Of a stretch of DNA of 64,000 bases, positions 44,840 to 58,752 are shown one piece after another. How positions within the stretch are numbered: the first letter of the stretch is position 1; the number at the start of each line of letters is the position of its first letter. The translations under genes and the position numbers were made by a program. Origin of the DNA: Podarcis filfolensis (taxonomy: Eukaryota); assembly GCA_964270895.1 (NCBI GenBank), contig OZ185442.1, one strand, 5' to 3'. The notes beneath the pieces were generated by a model. It worked only from the letters and a program-made list of their open reading frames with translations, made no database searches and was not told the origin of the DNA.

Positions 44840-45630
44840 TCACAGGGTTCTGTCTTGGATCTGAATGGATGCTCATCAAGTTTGCAGATGACACCAAACA
44901 GCGTGGTATCAAGACAGAATCAAGATTTGGTTTGACCTTTACAGACTGGAGAATTGAGCCCAAACTAACAAACTGAATTTTATTCGGGACAAATGCAAGG
45001 TTCTGCATTAGGCAGTAAGAACCAGCTGCACAAATATAAGATGGGAGACATCTGGCTTCCAGCAGTACATATGAAAAGGATATAGTGACCTGATCAAGGG
45101 AAGTTATGTTCTGCCTTGTTCAGACCACACCTGAAATACTGTGTTGAGTTCTGGGCACCACAATTTAAGAAGGATATTGACAAACTAGAATGTGTGAGGA
45201 GGAGGGTGAGCAAGTTGTTCAAGGGTCTGAAAACTAAGCTTTAAGAGGAACAGTTGAGGGAGTTGAGTATGTTTAGCCTGGATTAGAGAAGACTGAGATG
45301 ATATATGATAGCCATCTTCAGATATCTAAAGAATTGCCACATGGAAGATGGAGCGAGCTTGTTTTCTCCTGCTGGAGTGCAGGACCTGAACCAATGGCTT
45401 CAAATTACAAGAAAGAAGATTCCAGCTAAAGATCAGGAAGAACTTTCTGATGGTAAGAGCTGTTCAACAGTGGAATAGACTCCCTTGGAAGGTGGTGGGC
45501 TCTCCTTCCTTGGAGGTTTTTAAGCAGAGGTTGGATGGCCATCTGCCATGGATGCTTTAGTTGAGATTCCTGCATTGCAGGGGGTTGGACTAGATGATTC
45601 TTGGGGTTCTTTCCAACACTACAGTTCTAT
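44840..45630 (+). mobile_element. CR1 LINE 3' portion including the RT catalytic motif and tail
   Basis: AAGTTTGCAGATGACACC = KFADDT (44878-44895), decayed ORF2 C-terminus, tail GGGGGTTGGACTAGATGAT...TCCAAC...TTCTAT. Confidence 0.95.
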
Positions 45631-46744
45631 ACCAAGACTGAATTTGGATGGCCTTGCTTGAGAGAAATATTCAAGAGTTCTCAAGACAAGAAAAAAGCTA
45701 CAGTTGTCACATAAATGGGTATGAGGAACCGGATGAGATGAGAAAATCCACACAACTCATAACACACCAGCTACGTTTCCTCATAGTGGTCAGTCTGTAC
45801 ACCTCGGTTGTTATGTATGCATTCAGGCTGTGCAGAAAACGATGATAAAACTGAAAAAGGAGTCGTTCCCCCCCAAAATAAACCTTGTGAATGAGCTCAG
45901 CCTCTGAAATTCTCTCATTCCACATAAGATACCTTCCCTGGTTAGAAATGGAACCATATGAAGAGTTTAATATTTATAATGTACTGAGGTTGTCCTTTTC
46001 CATAACCCCCCGTTTCTGCGGTAGAATAGAAAAGCCTTTCCCTGACTGATCTGATGTTTAAATGAAAAGTTGGGTTCCTAAGAATTAATTTCATTTAAAA
46101 CATTCTTTTCATTTTTTCATAAAGTGCAGCAAATCCACAGTGCTTACAGCAGGAATGTACCAAGAATGTGGCTGGGTAGACAGCGTATTAACTTCAATAT
46201 ATGGAATATCAGCGTTGGAGGAGAGAAAGGAAGGGGTGAGGGTGGGAAGTGGTTTTGTTCATCTGGCAGTTGAATAAAGTTAGCTGATACAAGGTCTAAC
46301 CCCTCATCAGATTCGCCCAGACAGAACCAGGAAGATTATAAAGTGGTCTGCTGCCCACAGAGCCAGCCCAATGCATTTTGCTCCTTGAAGTGAATAATAT
46401 GTTGGTGCTTTCCTCCATTCCATGTGCAAATGCAGGCCAGGCTGGCAATGGGACAGCATGCATGAGGACAACAACCTAATTTGGAAGCTTAGGGGAGCCA
46501 CATGGCACACAAAGCTCTGTCCACTCCCTGTCCATCTGCCACCTGAGGCAGTCACTTCAGACAGTCAGCTCCAGCCCTGCCAGATTACTGAGATCTTCCT
46601 GAGCAGAACCCCTTTCTGAACAGAAGTAGCTGAATTGTGCTGACTTGAACCACTGTTCCATTTAGCTCATTGTGGTCTAGACTTAATTGGCTCTCAGGTT
46701 TAGTATCACTGAAAGTCTGTTGTCTGAAGAGCAACATATACACT

Positions 46745-47130
46745 GACTATGTTCACACAGTCTGCTAAGCCACAATTCATTTTCATTATGGTTTGTTCAA
46801 ACAAATCATGAATTGTCTCAGAAATAAGAAAACAAACCATTGCTTGCTTCTTCAAAAGGTTTCTCCAAAAGCTTGGTTTGTTTTCCAGCTACTCTTGCAT
46901 TGTGTATGCTTCTGTAGCTTGCTGAGTGTGTGGGATGGAGTTGTCAAGCAAATCATGGTTAAGTTAGGCTGCCGGATTCAGAAATGACACAAACTGTACT
47001 TAAAACAAGCCGTGGTTTGTAAACCAACAACAAACCATGAGTTTACATTGTGATTTGTTGGCAAAAAATAAGCCATGGACTGAGATTGCATATTCAAACA
47101 AACCACAATAGTCTAATCAAACTACGACCA
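46745..47130. mobile_element. AAACCATGGTTT-motif repeat, copy 2
   Basis: TGGTTTGTTCAAACAAATCATG...AAACAAGCCGTGGTTTGTAAACC..AAACCATGAG. Confidence 0.5.
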
Positions 47131-47400
47131 AACATTATTTGAATAATGTTTATTTGGAGAGGTATTATCTCAAGTTATTTATGAGTAGAAATACATGGTA
47201 ACAGAGACGCTGCTGAAAAGAGTGGCTCCATGTTTTTGTTTCCTGATCTGTCCCCCACTAACATGTAGTTAAAGAGGACATATGAGATTGTCATCATACA
47301 AAGAGTTTCTGTCTTCCACTTCAATCACTGAAATGGAGTAGGGGCAGGGAAACCAGGAGTACAATAATGCATTTTATTTTATGTTTATGATGCACTTATT

Positions 47401-47602
47401 TAGGGTTGCCATACTTCAAAAAGTGAAAATCTGGACAGAAAGGTTGTTGAGCTGTTTATTTGTTAGTTTTTAGGGTTTTTTAGTTTTGCACCCTCCACCC
47501 CAGAGGAAAATCTTCAAAACCGACACTGCTGACATTTGTTACCATACATCCGGATTTTCCTGGACATTTCCGCCTGGACATTCCAGACATATGGCAACCC
47601 TA
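47401..47602. mobile_element. hAT (Tip100-like ends) MITE
   Basis: Perfect 13-bp TIR TAGGGTTGCCATA / TATGGCAACCCTA; flanks ACTTATT and ACTTACT. Confidence 0.88.
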
Positions 47603-48199
47603 ACTTACTTTATCATGTTCTAGGTGAGAGACAAGAGATGTATGGCCGCCTTTTTCAGCTGAAGTCATACTTTTGCTGTACTGTGTAACTTTGGCTTGAT
47701 TCATTATATTAATTGCTACACGATTCATTATATTAATTGCAAAAAAATGCTCTTTTGTTTATTGTTTGTTGTCTCAATGAGACCCACTTATCTTCCTGCT
47801 AGATTAAGTTTCCACTGTAGATATGTTTTCCTTTCTAGTAAATGGTATATTTTGTGGAGGCAGGGGTAGAGCAGGGGGCAGAATTAAATACTTTCCTCAC
47901 AAGTACATCCATTGCTGTTGTAATTGCCATGTAAACTGTGGTTATGCAAGCATCATGGACCACTGTTGACTATTATCGTTAGTGGGAGTCATACAACTTC
48001 CCTCCCCCACTCATGCATTTTGTTTTAAAGTTTATTTCTTTGTGGAGTATATTGAGTAAGCCCAAAGTTGGAGAACTAGTGCAGTTCTGTTTGAAAAAAG
48101 CAAAATGTGGTAAAGACTACCAAGAGTAGCTAGCTGTTCAGTGTGCATGGCTAACCTCTCTTCCTTTATTAAGTGAGGACAAGATATATAGCTGCTGCT

Positions 48200-48231
48200 G
48201 ATGATGATGATAATGATGATGATGATGATGA
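48200..48231. repeat. (GAT)n microsatellite
   Basis: Read directly from the sequence. Confidence 0.9.
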
Positions 48232-49592
48232 TTTGAGCCATCCAGGTTTATTGCACAAAGGAGAAAAAGTCATTGGGACACATAAGCCAACCCTGCTGAA
48301 TTTTTGGGCCCTCCTGCTCATTTTGCTGAGTGGAGTCCAGGATTTTTGCCCCAAAGTCCTGCCCTGGTAGCCCAAAAAAATGATTCAATGTTCATTAATA
48401 GTGCTGAAAAAGAGATAAGGTCCTTGCATGGAAATTATCCACTGGCACTGCTTTCAACTCAGTCCCTTAGGAAACCACACTCTTTCATTATAGTTCATTA
48501 TAGTTCCATGCATCATTCTCCTGAAGTGCAAAGCTGTTCAGGCAAGTTTCTCACTCCTTTTGCAAAACAAAAAACCCAACAACTGGAGCTTAGATTCTCT
48601 AGGGCAGGGATAGCCAGTTAGTGGCTCATGGAATTTTTATTCCACCCTTCCTCTAAGGAACTTTGACTGGTATTTTAACCTTGTAGCAACCCAATGAGGT
48701 TAAGGTGCGGTAAAAATCAGTTTAACTCTGAAGGAAAATAGCATTGTTTTTAAAAGAGATGCATGTCTCTGTGTGAGAGAGATGCTGTTAACATCTCATT
48801 TTGGGGATGCACATGTAATGAATGCTGTATAAGCACATGTGAGTACTTGTGCTCCATAACAGATAAGCCTTTTTGTTAGGGGGTGCCAACTTTATTATGC
48901 ACCCAGCCCACCCATGAAGAGGTTGAGCAGCATGGCAAAAGATGCTGGAAAATATAATCCTCCGTCCCTCAGTACAAATTGGCCGTTCCTGTTCTAGAAC
49001 AGGGGTGAGCAGGCTTGTTGGATCAAGATCTATCAAAGATAACCAGGTGCAGAGGACATACAGTTAAAATGAAAGAACAGGGTGCTCTTGAGCACATTCT
49101 GAGCCTAGGTACTATATTGGTTTTCAACATGAGAACTGTACTGAGGTCACAGTCCTTTCACACAAAAAGGTCAATGCTTGGTTAGCTATCTTCATTTTCT
49201 AACACTTAAAGATATCTAAGTGGTTTACAATAAAAATGCAATAACAGTGTAAGATGCAAAGAACATTGAATAAGGTTACCCCCAAACTGGATAAAAACAA
49301 GATAAAAATGGGTTATGGAGCTCCTAGGATACATTTAGACAAACTATGTGTTCTTTCAATCTCATATAGTCTAAGTTCTCTGATCTTAGATCAGATAAAG
49401 GTCAGTTATTTCAATCACTGTGTTTCTCACTGTATAATTTTTATATAAGAATTATATATTAAATAGACAAAGGAGGTCCTTCAACCAGTTATGACAGCAG
49501 ATGGGGGGATTTCAGCCACATTTATTTGAGTATTTACAAATTAGATACTGACCCGGTTCTCATGTCACAATAAAGCAGGGGTGGGGAATCTC

Positions 49593-49900
49593 AGGCTCAG
49601 TGGCCAAATATTTCCAAGTCTTTCTATCTGGCCCTCAGATTCTTCCCACACCATGCCTCCTCCCCAACTACAACCACTCAGCCCAGACCACTCCAATATT
49701 GGCTGTGCTTCCCAGTTTCATTGAGTGTTTTTGCCTGCCTGGAAAGTCTCATATTGCATCTTGCTTGCCTGGATAGAGTATAGATTGGGATGTGTGTATA
49801 GAAAAGTAGCCAACTGTATAAAGATAAAACTTCCCCGTTTTACCTCTGGCTTCTCCCACCATTGGATGTGGCCCCACAAGGTTGTCTGGAATGAGATAGG
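49593..49900 (+). mobile_element. hAT family A copy
   Basis: CAGGGGTGGGGAATCTCAGG...GAGTGTTTTTGCCTG...TTGCTTGCCTGGATAGAG...GTGTATAGAAA...GTGGCCCCACAAGGTTG. Confidence 0.7.
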
Positions 49901-50129
49901 AGATACATCCTCGGACTGATGAGTAGACAACTTTTTTTCCAGTCCAAGGATGTATACCCTTCCAGACAACCTTGTGGGAACAAACCAGAGTCTCACATGT
50001 TGTGATGTTCAAACCTGGGCTTGTGGTTTGTTTCTCTAGCTAGCTGGCTAGAGATGCAAACAGGAGCAGCCATATTAGGAGGTGAGAACACATTTCAACA
50101 TTTTGTTGCAGTCCCACTTGTATTACCTG

Positions 50130-50440
50130 AGAAAAGTCCTGCTGGATCAGAATCAAAGGCCTATCTAAGTCCAGCATTCTGTTCTCACAGTGGCTAACCA
50201 GATGCCTATGGGAAGACTGCAAGCAGAACATGAGGGCAATTGTCCCCTTCTCATATTCTTCTGCAGTTGGTATTCAGAGGCATGATCCTGGAAGCAATTC
50301 ATAGTTGCCATGAAGTTGTTTACTCCTCTTTTAATGTTACTCTCAACTAGTGGCCATCACAACACCTTGTGGCAATTAATTTCGGAAATCAATTGTGTTT
50401 TGTGAAGTAGTATTTCCTGGTGTTTTTCATGAATCCCGTT
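50130..50440 (-). mobile_element. CR1-type 3' fragment
   Basis: CTGCTGGATCAG..CAAAGGCCTATCTAAGTCCAGCATTCTGTTCTCACAGTGGCTAACCAGATGCC...GTGGCCATCACAACACCTTGTGGCA. Confidence 0.75.
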
Positions 50441-51394
50441 TTGCTGATCAGCTTAGCTGGATGGCCCTGCATTCTAGTATTATGAGAGCCCATGATTCTC
50501 CAGATCTTCAATGCTGACTACTGCAAGCTTTGCACTCAGCATGGGTGCTCTGTGACTTGGCAGCAAGGTATACCATGATCATTTGAACAGCACCTGATCC
50601 CACTTGCCCACTCATGCCACTATCTAGTGTAAGAATGGAAAGTGATCTTACACTTCACAGACATTATTACTTAAATGCACCAGAAAAATCTATGTATGAG
50701 CAGTAGTATGTACCACAATTCAACAAAGCTCTTAAGCAGGAGATGCTTTGTTTCTGGTGAGTTCAGTCGATTTATAAGAATGTGCTTAAAGTTAATCACA
50801 TACTCAAAAGCTCTGCTGATCGAGGGTCTTAATGTCTTCACTTCTGGAGGCCTCTCTTGAAATCCTAGCTTAAACTCAGAGCCAAAATTAGTTTGGTGGT
50901 CTCGCCCCTTAGTGTTTCCAAATTCTTGTGGTTTTCTTGCAAGTCGTGCAAATATCTGGTGTGTTTTTTCTTCTTCTTTTAACTCCCAGCTGCTAAAGTC
51001 AAGCGACTTCCCCCTCCCTTAGATTAAGAATTTCAGCATTTATTTCCAACAAAGGTTTTTAGTCCTTGCCAGCTGTTGACCCTTTCACAATCTTAGTTTT
51101 CCAGCTATCCTCAAAATATTGACCTCCTTGATTGAGAGTTAATAATCCTTGAAGGGGTGAAGGAAGGGCTTTAGCCTATCTGACAATGAAATGAAGTGAA
51201 ATATGGGAGAACACTGAAGCTGTGTGAGGGCCTTTCCATGGGCAAGTCTTATCTCAAGGGGGTAATATGGCTGTATACTAGCGTTAACCATATCTGGTTA
51301 TATCTTCATTCCCATGTCAGTTGATAGGGTTAGCTTTGCTGCTATAGCATTAACACAGCAGAGGAAGGAATTGCCTTCTCGCTTCATTTTAGGA

Positions 51395-51557
51395 GGTGCA
51401 TGCTGTAGTTCAGTGGTAGCGTACATGCTTTGCTAGCAAAACGTCCTGGGTTTAATCCAGATAAGGCTGGTAAGATTCCTGCCTGAACCCCTGGAGAGTG
51501 CTGCCAGTCAGTGTAGACAGTAATTGGCCAAAGGTCTGGACCTTCTATGTTCCTTAC
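51395..51557 (+). mobile_element. tRNA-derived SINE (ATGTTCCT-type tail family)
   Basis: TAGTTCAGTGGTAG...TGCTTTGC...CCTGGAGAGTGCTGCCAGTCAGTGTAGACA...CTTCTATGTTCCT. Confidence 0.8.
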
Positions 51558-51939
51558 CAGTTTGTCCACATCTTCAGGCTTCAACAAATGGAGTTCATTC
51601 AAGCAATAGCAACCAGAGAGTTCTCCAGTAGCATGCAGTAATGAATGAATAAATAATATGGTGTCCTTTTGACTAAACAGGCTTGGCAGGTCTTTGAAAC
51701 AAATATCTTGAGAATCTGTTTACTGGTGGCAGAAGAGCCACAAAAACTCAATTGGGGGAAAAACTCTGTAGCCAGTCTTCATCCTTTACGTCTCCTAACT
51801 CAAGAGTGAAGGTGGCTCCTCCACCTTCCCCCCCCCTTGATAGGTACAGATTGGACATTATATTTTTATCACGAACCCAATACATTTCACAATGTACCAG
51901 AAAGCTAACTCTTCCTTTATCTTCATTATCCATTATACA

Positions 51940-52185
51940 TATTTAGGCGTCAGGCGAAAACGTTTCTCTTCAACTAGGCCTTTGGCTGATTAACAGTCTA
52001 TGCTGGTTTTAGATTAACAGTCTATACAGTTTTAAAGCTGTGGGGTTTTTTGCGGGGGGAATTATTGTTTTGTTCTTGTTCTTGTTTTTATTATGTATTT
52101 TGTGGTTATTCTGTATTTTTATGTTGTGAACTTCCTGGAAATCTTTGAAGGGCAGTATGAAAATTTGAACAATAACAATAATAGT
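51940..52185 (+). mobile_element. L2 LINE 3' UTR
   Basis: TTTAGGCGTCAGGCGAAAACGTTTCTCTTCAACTAGGCCTTTG...GAAGGGCAGTATG..AAT(AAC/AAT)n. Confidence 0.7.
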
Positions 52186-54335
52186 CTTTTATAGGGAGTC
52201 CACTGTAGAAAGAATGTAATAGTAAGCCTTTAGCTTTAGCTTAGCTCATTAACTTGAAAGGTAGGTTAAAACTGTTCTGTTCTCACTGTCTTAAAGTACA
52301 GACAGGTACCATCGTATTAAGTCATTGCTTATGAAAGGCTACATTTGCCTGCAAGGTCTTTCATTGGAAGCCATTTCTTAAAATGTAGCCTACAGAAATC
52401 CCATTGCCGCCTCTGGACAACTGGAAAACTTGCCCTTGGATCTTCTTTCAGTACATCTTCCATTGAGGTGTATTTTACTAGCAAACTAATGGTGGTGGAT
52501 ACTTCTCTTTCTGGCTTAGCAGCAGCTCACCCATCCAGTCCAGATGCTAATAATTAAGTTGTTCACTAAGTGCTCTGTTAAGGAAACGTGTTGTTTCTTC
52601 TAAACATTGCCAGGGTGTTATGATTTGAACGTGTCTTTTGGAGTTAAAGTTGAGTTTTGTTTTTAAATACCTTTCCCCTTGTGATGACCTCTAGCGGATT
52701 AATTTTGAATTGTGCAGCTACTAGTGTGTGTCTTTTAGCATTTGTGTTGAATTGGTCGACGCCGCTACCACCCAACTTCTGGGAGTTGGAATCATGGAAT
52801 TTCCTTTTTGCAGCAGAACTGAAGTCTGGGTCAATAACCACTACAGGGTCAAGGATATTGGTGAAGTGCAATTAAAGACAGTGCTTAACTTTAAAAAAAT
52901 AACATTATAAGGACATTTTATTTATTTAAGAAATTTATACCCTGCTTTTGACTATATTTCTCAAAGCAACTTACAGGAAAAAATAAAACATACAATTTAC
53001 AAAATCAAAAACATAGCCATGATGGGGAAAAAAAATCCAAAATTCCTATTAGGGAGTATCACAAAATAGTGTGCAATTTTTAAAGTTCTCTACAACTCTT
53101 CATCAAGCTAAATGGTAAAACCTTCAAAAGGCACTCCACACATACTCAAATACATCATTTTTAAACTTCTCTTATTCAAGTCCCCTTATGAGAACAGAAG
53201 ATTTACTCAGCTGTTTCAACATCTGTGCCCAAATGGAGATTGAGCTAAACTGATCCTGATCAGCTTCTTACGCATGCATTAGCTATGAGGAAAGGTTATT
53301 CAAAGGCAGCTGGGCTTCGAACTCTAAAAATCCTTAACAAGTTTGGGCTTTCTTGGGCAACACACACACCAAATATTTAAAGAACACCACCCAAAGAATA
53401 ATGAGAACTGTAGTTTACCGCACCCCACAGAGGTACAATTCCAAGCACCCTTAAGCTACAGTTCCCAGGACTGTTCCCAGGAGCAGTGGGGAATAAATGT
53501 AGTTGCCATACAGTAAATGCCAGTATGGATGTTTGGGCCACCATGGCAGAATCTCTTGGTAGTCGGCTGCACAGTCCTGTGGCCTTTTTGGCTACCCCAG
53601 TGGTAACCAATTATGGTGCCTCCTAAATTTTGTTGAACTCCAGCTTCCATCAGCCTCAGCCAGCATGGCCAGCAGGAGGGATGATGGGAGTTGTAGTCCA
53701 GAAACCATGTTGGCTACCCCTGGGCCACTCTGCAAACATAAACAGATTTCACAGTCATTCCCCTCCCCAAAAACCCTTAGTTACTCTAGTTCTGTGAAGG
53801 GAACAAGGGATCCCTAACAGAGAAATTTGTGTCTTTCGCCCAACAACTTACTCTTGTGGGCAATATTAAGAGGTGAACTGGTATACAATGGATAAAATGC
53901 ACCTATTTAGTACTTAGAGGTACCTTTTTTTCATTTTTACTAGTTTCTGCTGGTGTTGCTAGAATTGGAGGAAATGCTTTATAATTTAATTGGCTCCAGG
54001 TTAGCATATTTCTTTTCTTTTAGTATCAGAGCTAAATGGCCTTCCCAGCAATTTTCAAAATTACAGTACCTGGAGACAGCTGCTCCTTCACATTTGATAG
54101 GAAATTTCAGCAGCTGTAGCTTGCCATGCAAACATCCCCACCTGAAACTCTTGTACACAGGTAATCAAAGTGGAGACTGCCTATCCTCCTTTTTTACCTG
54201 GATGCTCTACATCTGGGAAGCCAGATATTTATTACACAGCTGAATATAGGGGAGGTCAGTATATATTCCATTGTGCTGTAAAACATATGTGCCCGCTTCT
54301 TGATGTTGCAGTGCTGCCTGGCTTCCTCTGATCAG

Positions 54336-54525
54336 GTAAGAGAGCTGTTTGACAATGGAAAGGACTACCTTGGGAGGTAGTGGACTCTCCTTCATTGGAG
54401 GTTTTTAAAACAGAAGTTGGATGGCCATCTTTCATGGATGCTTTAACTGAGATTCCTGCATTGCAGGGGGTTGAACTAGATGACCCTCAGGGGTCCCTTC
54501 TAACTATAAAATTCTATGTTTCTAT
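54336..54525 (+). mobile_element. CR1 LINE 3' end
   Basis: GGACTCTCCTTCATTGGAGGTTTTTAA...TTCCTGCATTGCAGGGGGTTGAACTAGATGACC...ATTCTATG. Confidence 0.92.
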
Positions 54526-55729
54526 TTACATATTTTCTTGCTGCTCCAACTGGTTCTCCTACACTTAGCTTCTTTGGTTCTATCATAGTTGGATTTCCCT
54601 ACTTTCCATCCCTGTGCCAAATATATTCCAGATTCAGGTCAGACTTTTTTTTTTAATGCTTTTATTTATTTTCATGGTAAAGAGGCCAAAGTGGTTTGAT
54701 TTCTTACTTGTGATAATAATTGTTTACAACCAGTTGGCCTATTTTCACCTATTCCTTGCTTTGCAGTGCTCTCTTCTCCTTTGCTGTTCAAGGTTTAAAA
54801 GCTCCACAGCACTTATGAATTTCTCACTGTGCTTCTCTGGATTTACATTCCTTTGTGTCTGAGAACCTAGGACTTGGAGTAATTTGATATCAAGCTACTT
54901 TTAAATGGGTTGGTGGGGGTTCTGAGCCCCTTAGAGTATAACTAGTAAATCATAATGTTCAGTATTCCTTGCTATCCCATTTCAATGTATTATGTGTCTT
55001 TTCTGAACTGAAACCCTTAAAAATGGCAGGGCCAAATTTGTGTCTGAACATGAAATGTAGAACAGGGTTCTGAACCAGGTCACCTACTTTCATTTTGATG
55101 TTTCAGTCTTCAGGGGTTGTGATGGGTTACAATGTCTTTTGCATTTCTCTCCCTCTTGAAAATAGGTGCAGAGATTGAGCCGGCATATTGTTAAAGCTGA
55201 ATGGTAGAATTGCATTCTGAACATGCATGCCAAATTTCAGACCAATACCTTACCATTCAAGGGATGTATTGTTAGTGCAGATGAAACATGCATGTAGAGC
55301 AGGAAAGAAGCAGAGCCTGTGGCCCTCCAAATGTTGTTGGTCTCCATATCACCTCAGCTCCAACCAGCATGGCCAGTGCTTCAGCAACAACTGAAAGCCA
55401 CCCTTGCTCTTGAGTAAATTTGCATAAGAGGAGGGAGCAGGATTGCACCCAACAACTTTGTCTCATTTTGCACATTCAGCATAGTGTATCTGCACAGAAC
55501 CTGAAGACCTTACACATTTACAAGCTTTTTGCACATTTAAGTATTGTACTGATGCTTGGACTGTATGCACACAGGCTTTTTGCAGAGACTATGCTGAAAG
55601 GCAGGGAGTGATCCCACTCCCTGCTATATGCAAATACAGTTTACACACATGCAATGTCTGCAGAGTTTTATAGTGTTTGCAAACATTCAAGCAGCTATTC
55701 AAACTGTTTCACTCGACTACTCAGAGCGC

Positions 55730-55808
<79 letters not shown>
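55730..55808. repeat. (TA)n(TG)n(TA)n compound microsatellite
   Basis: About 79 bp of uninterrupted purine/pyrimidine alternation. Confidence 0.97.
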
Positions 55809-55811
<3 letters not shown>

Positions 55812-58752
55812 GAAACAGCAGAAAACATAAGGACACAATTCTACTACCACCACCGAGAGCATAAATGGCATGGGCTCTTAACTATAGAGAGAGAGATTAT
55901 GGGAGGGTTCATAATTTTACACTAAGGCATATCTACATATGTTCTTGTGGTGACTCCTTATCCTTCAGCTACTTTTCAGAAACACCTGGTATAAATTTTT
56001 GTCGCCATATAGGTATAAGCAAGTAATTTCTACAATTTTATAAGTCTTGTTCTCAAACACGAGCCACTTGAAAGTTCAAGCAGTTATTTTTAGATTGGGT
56101 CTGCACAAGTTGTGTGACTCATCGAGCCACACACAGCAGCCCACCAGCCAAGTACGATGGCCCAACAGTGCATCAATAAAACTCCTGCCTGCTAAATAGA
56201 AAGGAGTTATCAAACACCTGGCAGGTGGGTTGCATTTGACTTGGTTCTGCAGGCCTGTTTTTGGTAGAGATTCCTGTGTGGCCAGTTAGTTCCCAGCTTC
56301 TTGTTAGATCCCCTGTAGTCTGTAGGTATGGCCCATTCATTAACCAGTAAAAGATGCAGGCTCCCAAATTCAATCTTGGTAAAATGTGTTTCTTTCATAG
56401 GTGGTTGCTGTTTGAATTGGGCAGCTGAGTGTGCATTTTCCTGAGGGGGGTGGTGGTTCAGGGGAATCTTTTGACCTTTAAATTAAATAAGTTGATCTAA
56501 TGAGCAAACAAGAGTTGAGGAAGCTTGTTCTTTTCGTTGCAGCCAGAGGATGGTTGTTCATTTGGAAAGCGGGAGAGTGGCTTGATTGACTCCAGACTCC
56601 AACCAAATTATAGATTATAAAGCCTTATTTATGTAGTGGGAGGTCCCCCCTTCTTGCTTGATACAGAGCCTGCATTGGGAGCTCAGAATGGAAGAATTTG
56701 CATTTCCTTAAAATACAAAAAAAGAGAAAGTACTGTATTTAATGTGTTGATTTTTAAAGGGTAACTAATGCTGCTCTTGGCTGCCACCCAGTCAGATCCT
56801 TTATAAGTTTCATAAAGGCTTGCTTTTTTCCTTTCTTTCTTGCTTCCCCCCCCTGCCGCAAGTAGGAGGGCTAGTGAAGTGTTGATCAGCTGTGTGTAAA
56901 GACTCTGAATCATGGCCACCATTTTGTGTCCTTTGTGTGGTGAAATTGGCAGGTAGAATATTTGGAACAGTATCTGCCCAGAAGAAATGGGATGGGGCTC
57001 TTGTTAAAAATGGCTCAACGTTCCATCTCCAGGGGTGGTGATGGTGTTAATTACTGGGATGCTGACATGCAGAGTTAGTTTTATAGAATTGTTTTACTGA
57101 ATGTGATCACTTTCTCAAAAGCTGATGCCAATAAGTTAAATATATTTCACTTGGGAATATAGCAGAATATATTTCTCTTACAAAATTATTATTAAGTTTT
57201 CTGTAAACACACTAAACATGTGCTTTGCAAATGTGGCAAAAGTTGACAGTTTGTGGGGAAAATGCCCAAAGAATCAAACAGTGGCACAAACGTAAATATG
57301 TCTTGACACATTTTTGGTGGCGGGGGGAGGGGGGCTCTCTTTACATACAGTATTTGGCTTTCTGTTACTGAAGGTGGAATTACATGTTGCAGAAGATCGT
57401 GGCCCTGTGTTGAGTTCTCCCCCATCTGTAAACATGTACCCAAACATGCCCTGATATCACCACATTGCCCTTTTTCTTACTGCACTGCAGTCTGGTTTGG
57501 AGACATAGAAATGCACGTCAGAATGATGCACATGATTTTAGAACCAAGCTTTGGGAGGAAGAACTAGATGTGGGGTTGTCATTTTCTTTGACAGCCCCCT
57601 TTTTATTGAAACATGTAGCTGAATCCCAAATGAAAGTTTCTGCTTCTTTGTAGAAGAAATAAAATTGATTGGCAAGAGGCTGAGGGCAGACCCGATTCTC
57701 CCATGTGCCCAGTTCCTCATCTTTTTGGCTATATATCCTGAACTGAGATTAAAAAGATGCTCCCTGTCTGCCTGAACTTCAAATGAAGTTTTGCTTTTTG
57801 GGGTGTGGTATTCTGATAACTGTTGAGCCCACCATGTCTGTGAGAATTCTGAGTAACAAGATTGTAAAAAGAAATGTTGTATCTACCTCACAGTAATAAT
57901 TTGTTATGAAAAGCTACAGCCAAAAACACTGAATCTGAAAGTATATTCTTCGAATGTTTAGTACTTTCTTCCCAAGTTTTGCTTCCTATATGAAAAATAC
58001 TAGAATTCAGGTTCCAGGAAACTTCAAAATTAAGGTTTAAGACCTGGTGGTCACTGGAACCGTTTCTCTGTGTGCTCTGATTGTTCTGTGAACTTGTTTC
58101 CAACTGCTTCCGTTTGTTGTAATAAATTGTGACACAATGTGGAGAGGAGCTGGTCTCTTTGAATGCATAGAAACCCAAGTACAGTTTGTAGTACATTTAA
58201 AGGACACTTTATGTATCTTGATTTCTGTGCCTCTTGTTGCTTCTGTAAGAGTTCTTTCACACAACCATCCCAATACCTGATAATTTGCCCTAGTGGGTAA
58301 TAAATGACTCTGAATTGTGTAGTGTGGGACTGTCGGCAAAAGTGCATAATAGTAGTTTTGAGCGTAGTGTCTGAAATAATTCCCCTTAAAGCACAATCAC
58401 CCCTGTGGGAAGGATGATAGTTGGAACTTGGAAACTCACATGCTGCCCCGAAATGAATTGCACCAAAATGGTCACAAAGGTGCAACTTTTGCTAGAGTAC
58501 AAGGCTGCTGAGAAACTCTCTAGCATGTAAGCTCTCTGTGATCCAAGAATTGCTATTTGAGGCCATGGTGTACATGCTAAATGACCACAGCCATGCTCTG
58601 AAGTGGCTGTGTTGTATAAACTGACTCATAATTATGGCCGCAGTCTGTGTACACATTGGTTGGGTTATCTTGTGTCAACTCTTTAGGAATATAGGGTCAT
58701 GTTTTGGTTGTCTCTCCTGGTTCTTCTACTACTACTTTTATACTGTCATATT

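Noticed and set aside
9367-55640. Repeated octamer ATGCAAAT (about five occurrences)
   Set aside because: That count is near chance expectation for an AT-rich 8-mer in 64 kb.
58410-58435. PSSNYH resembling VSV G VPSNYHYC
   Set aside because: It is in a different frame and about 54 codons from the GWLC motif versus about 38 in VSV G, with no following cysteine; not counted as support.
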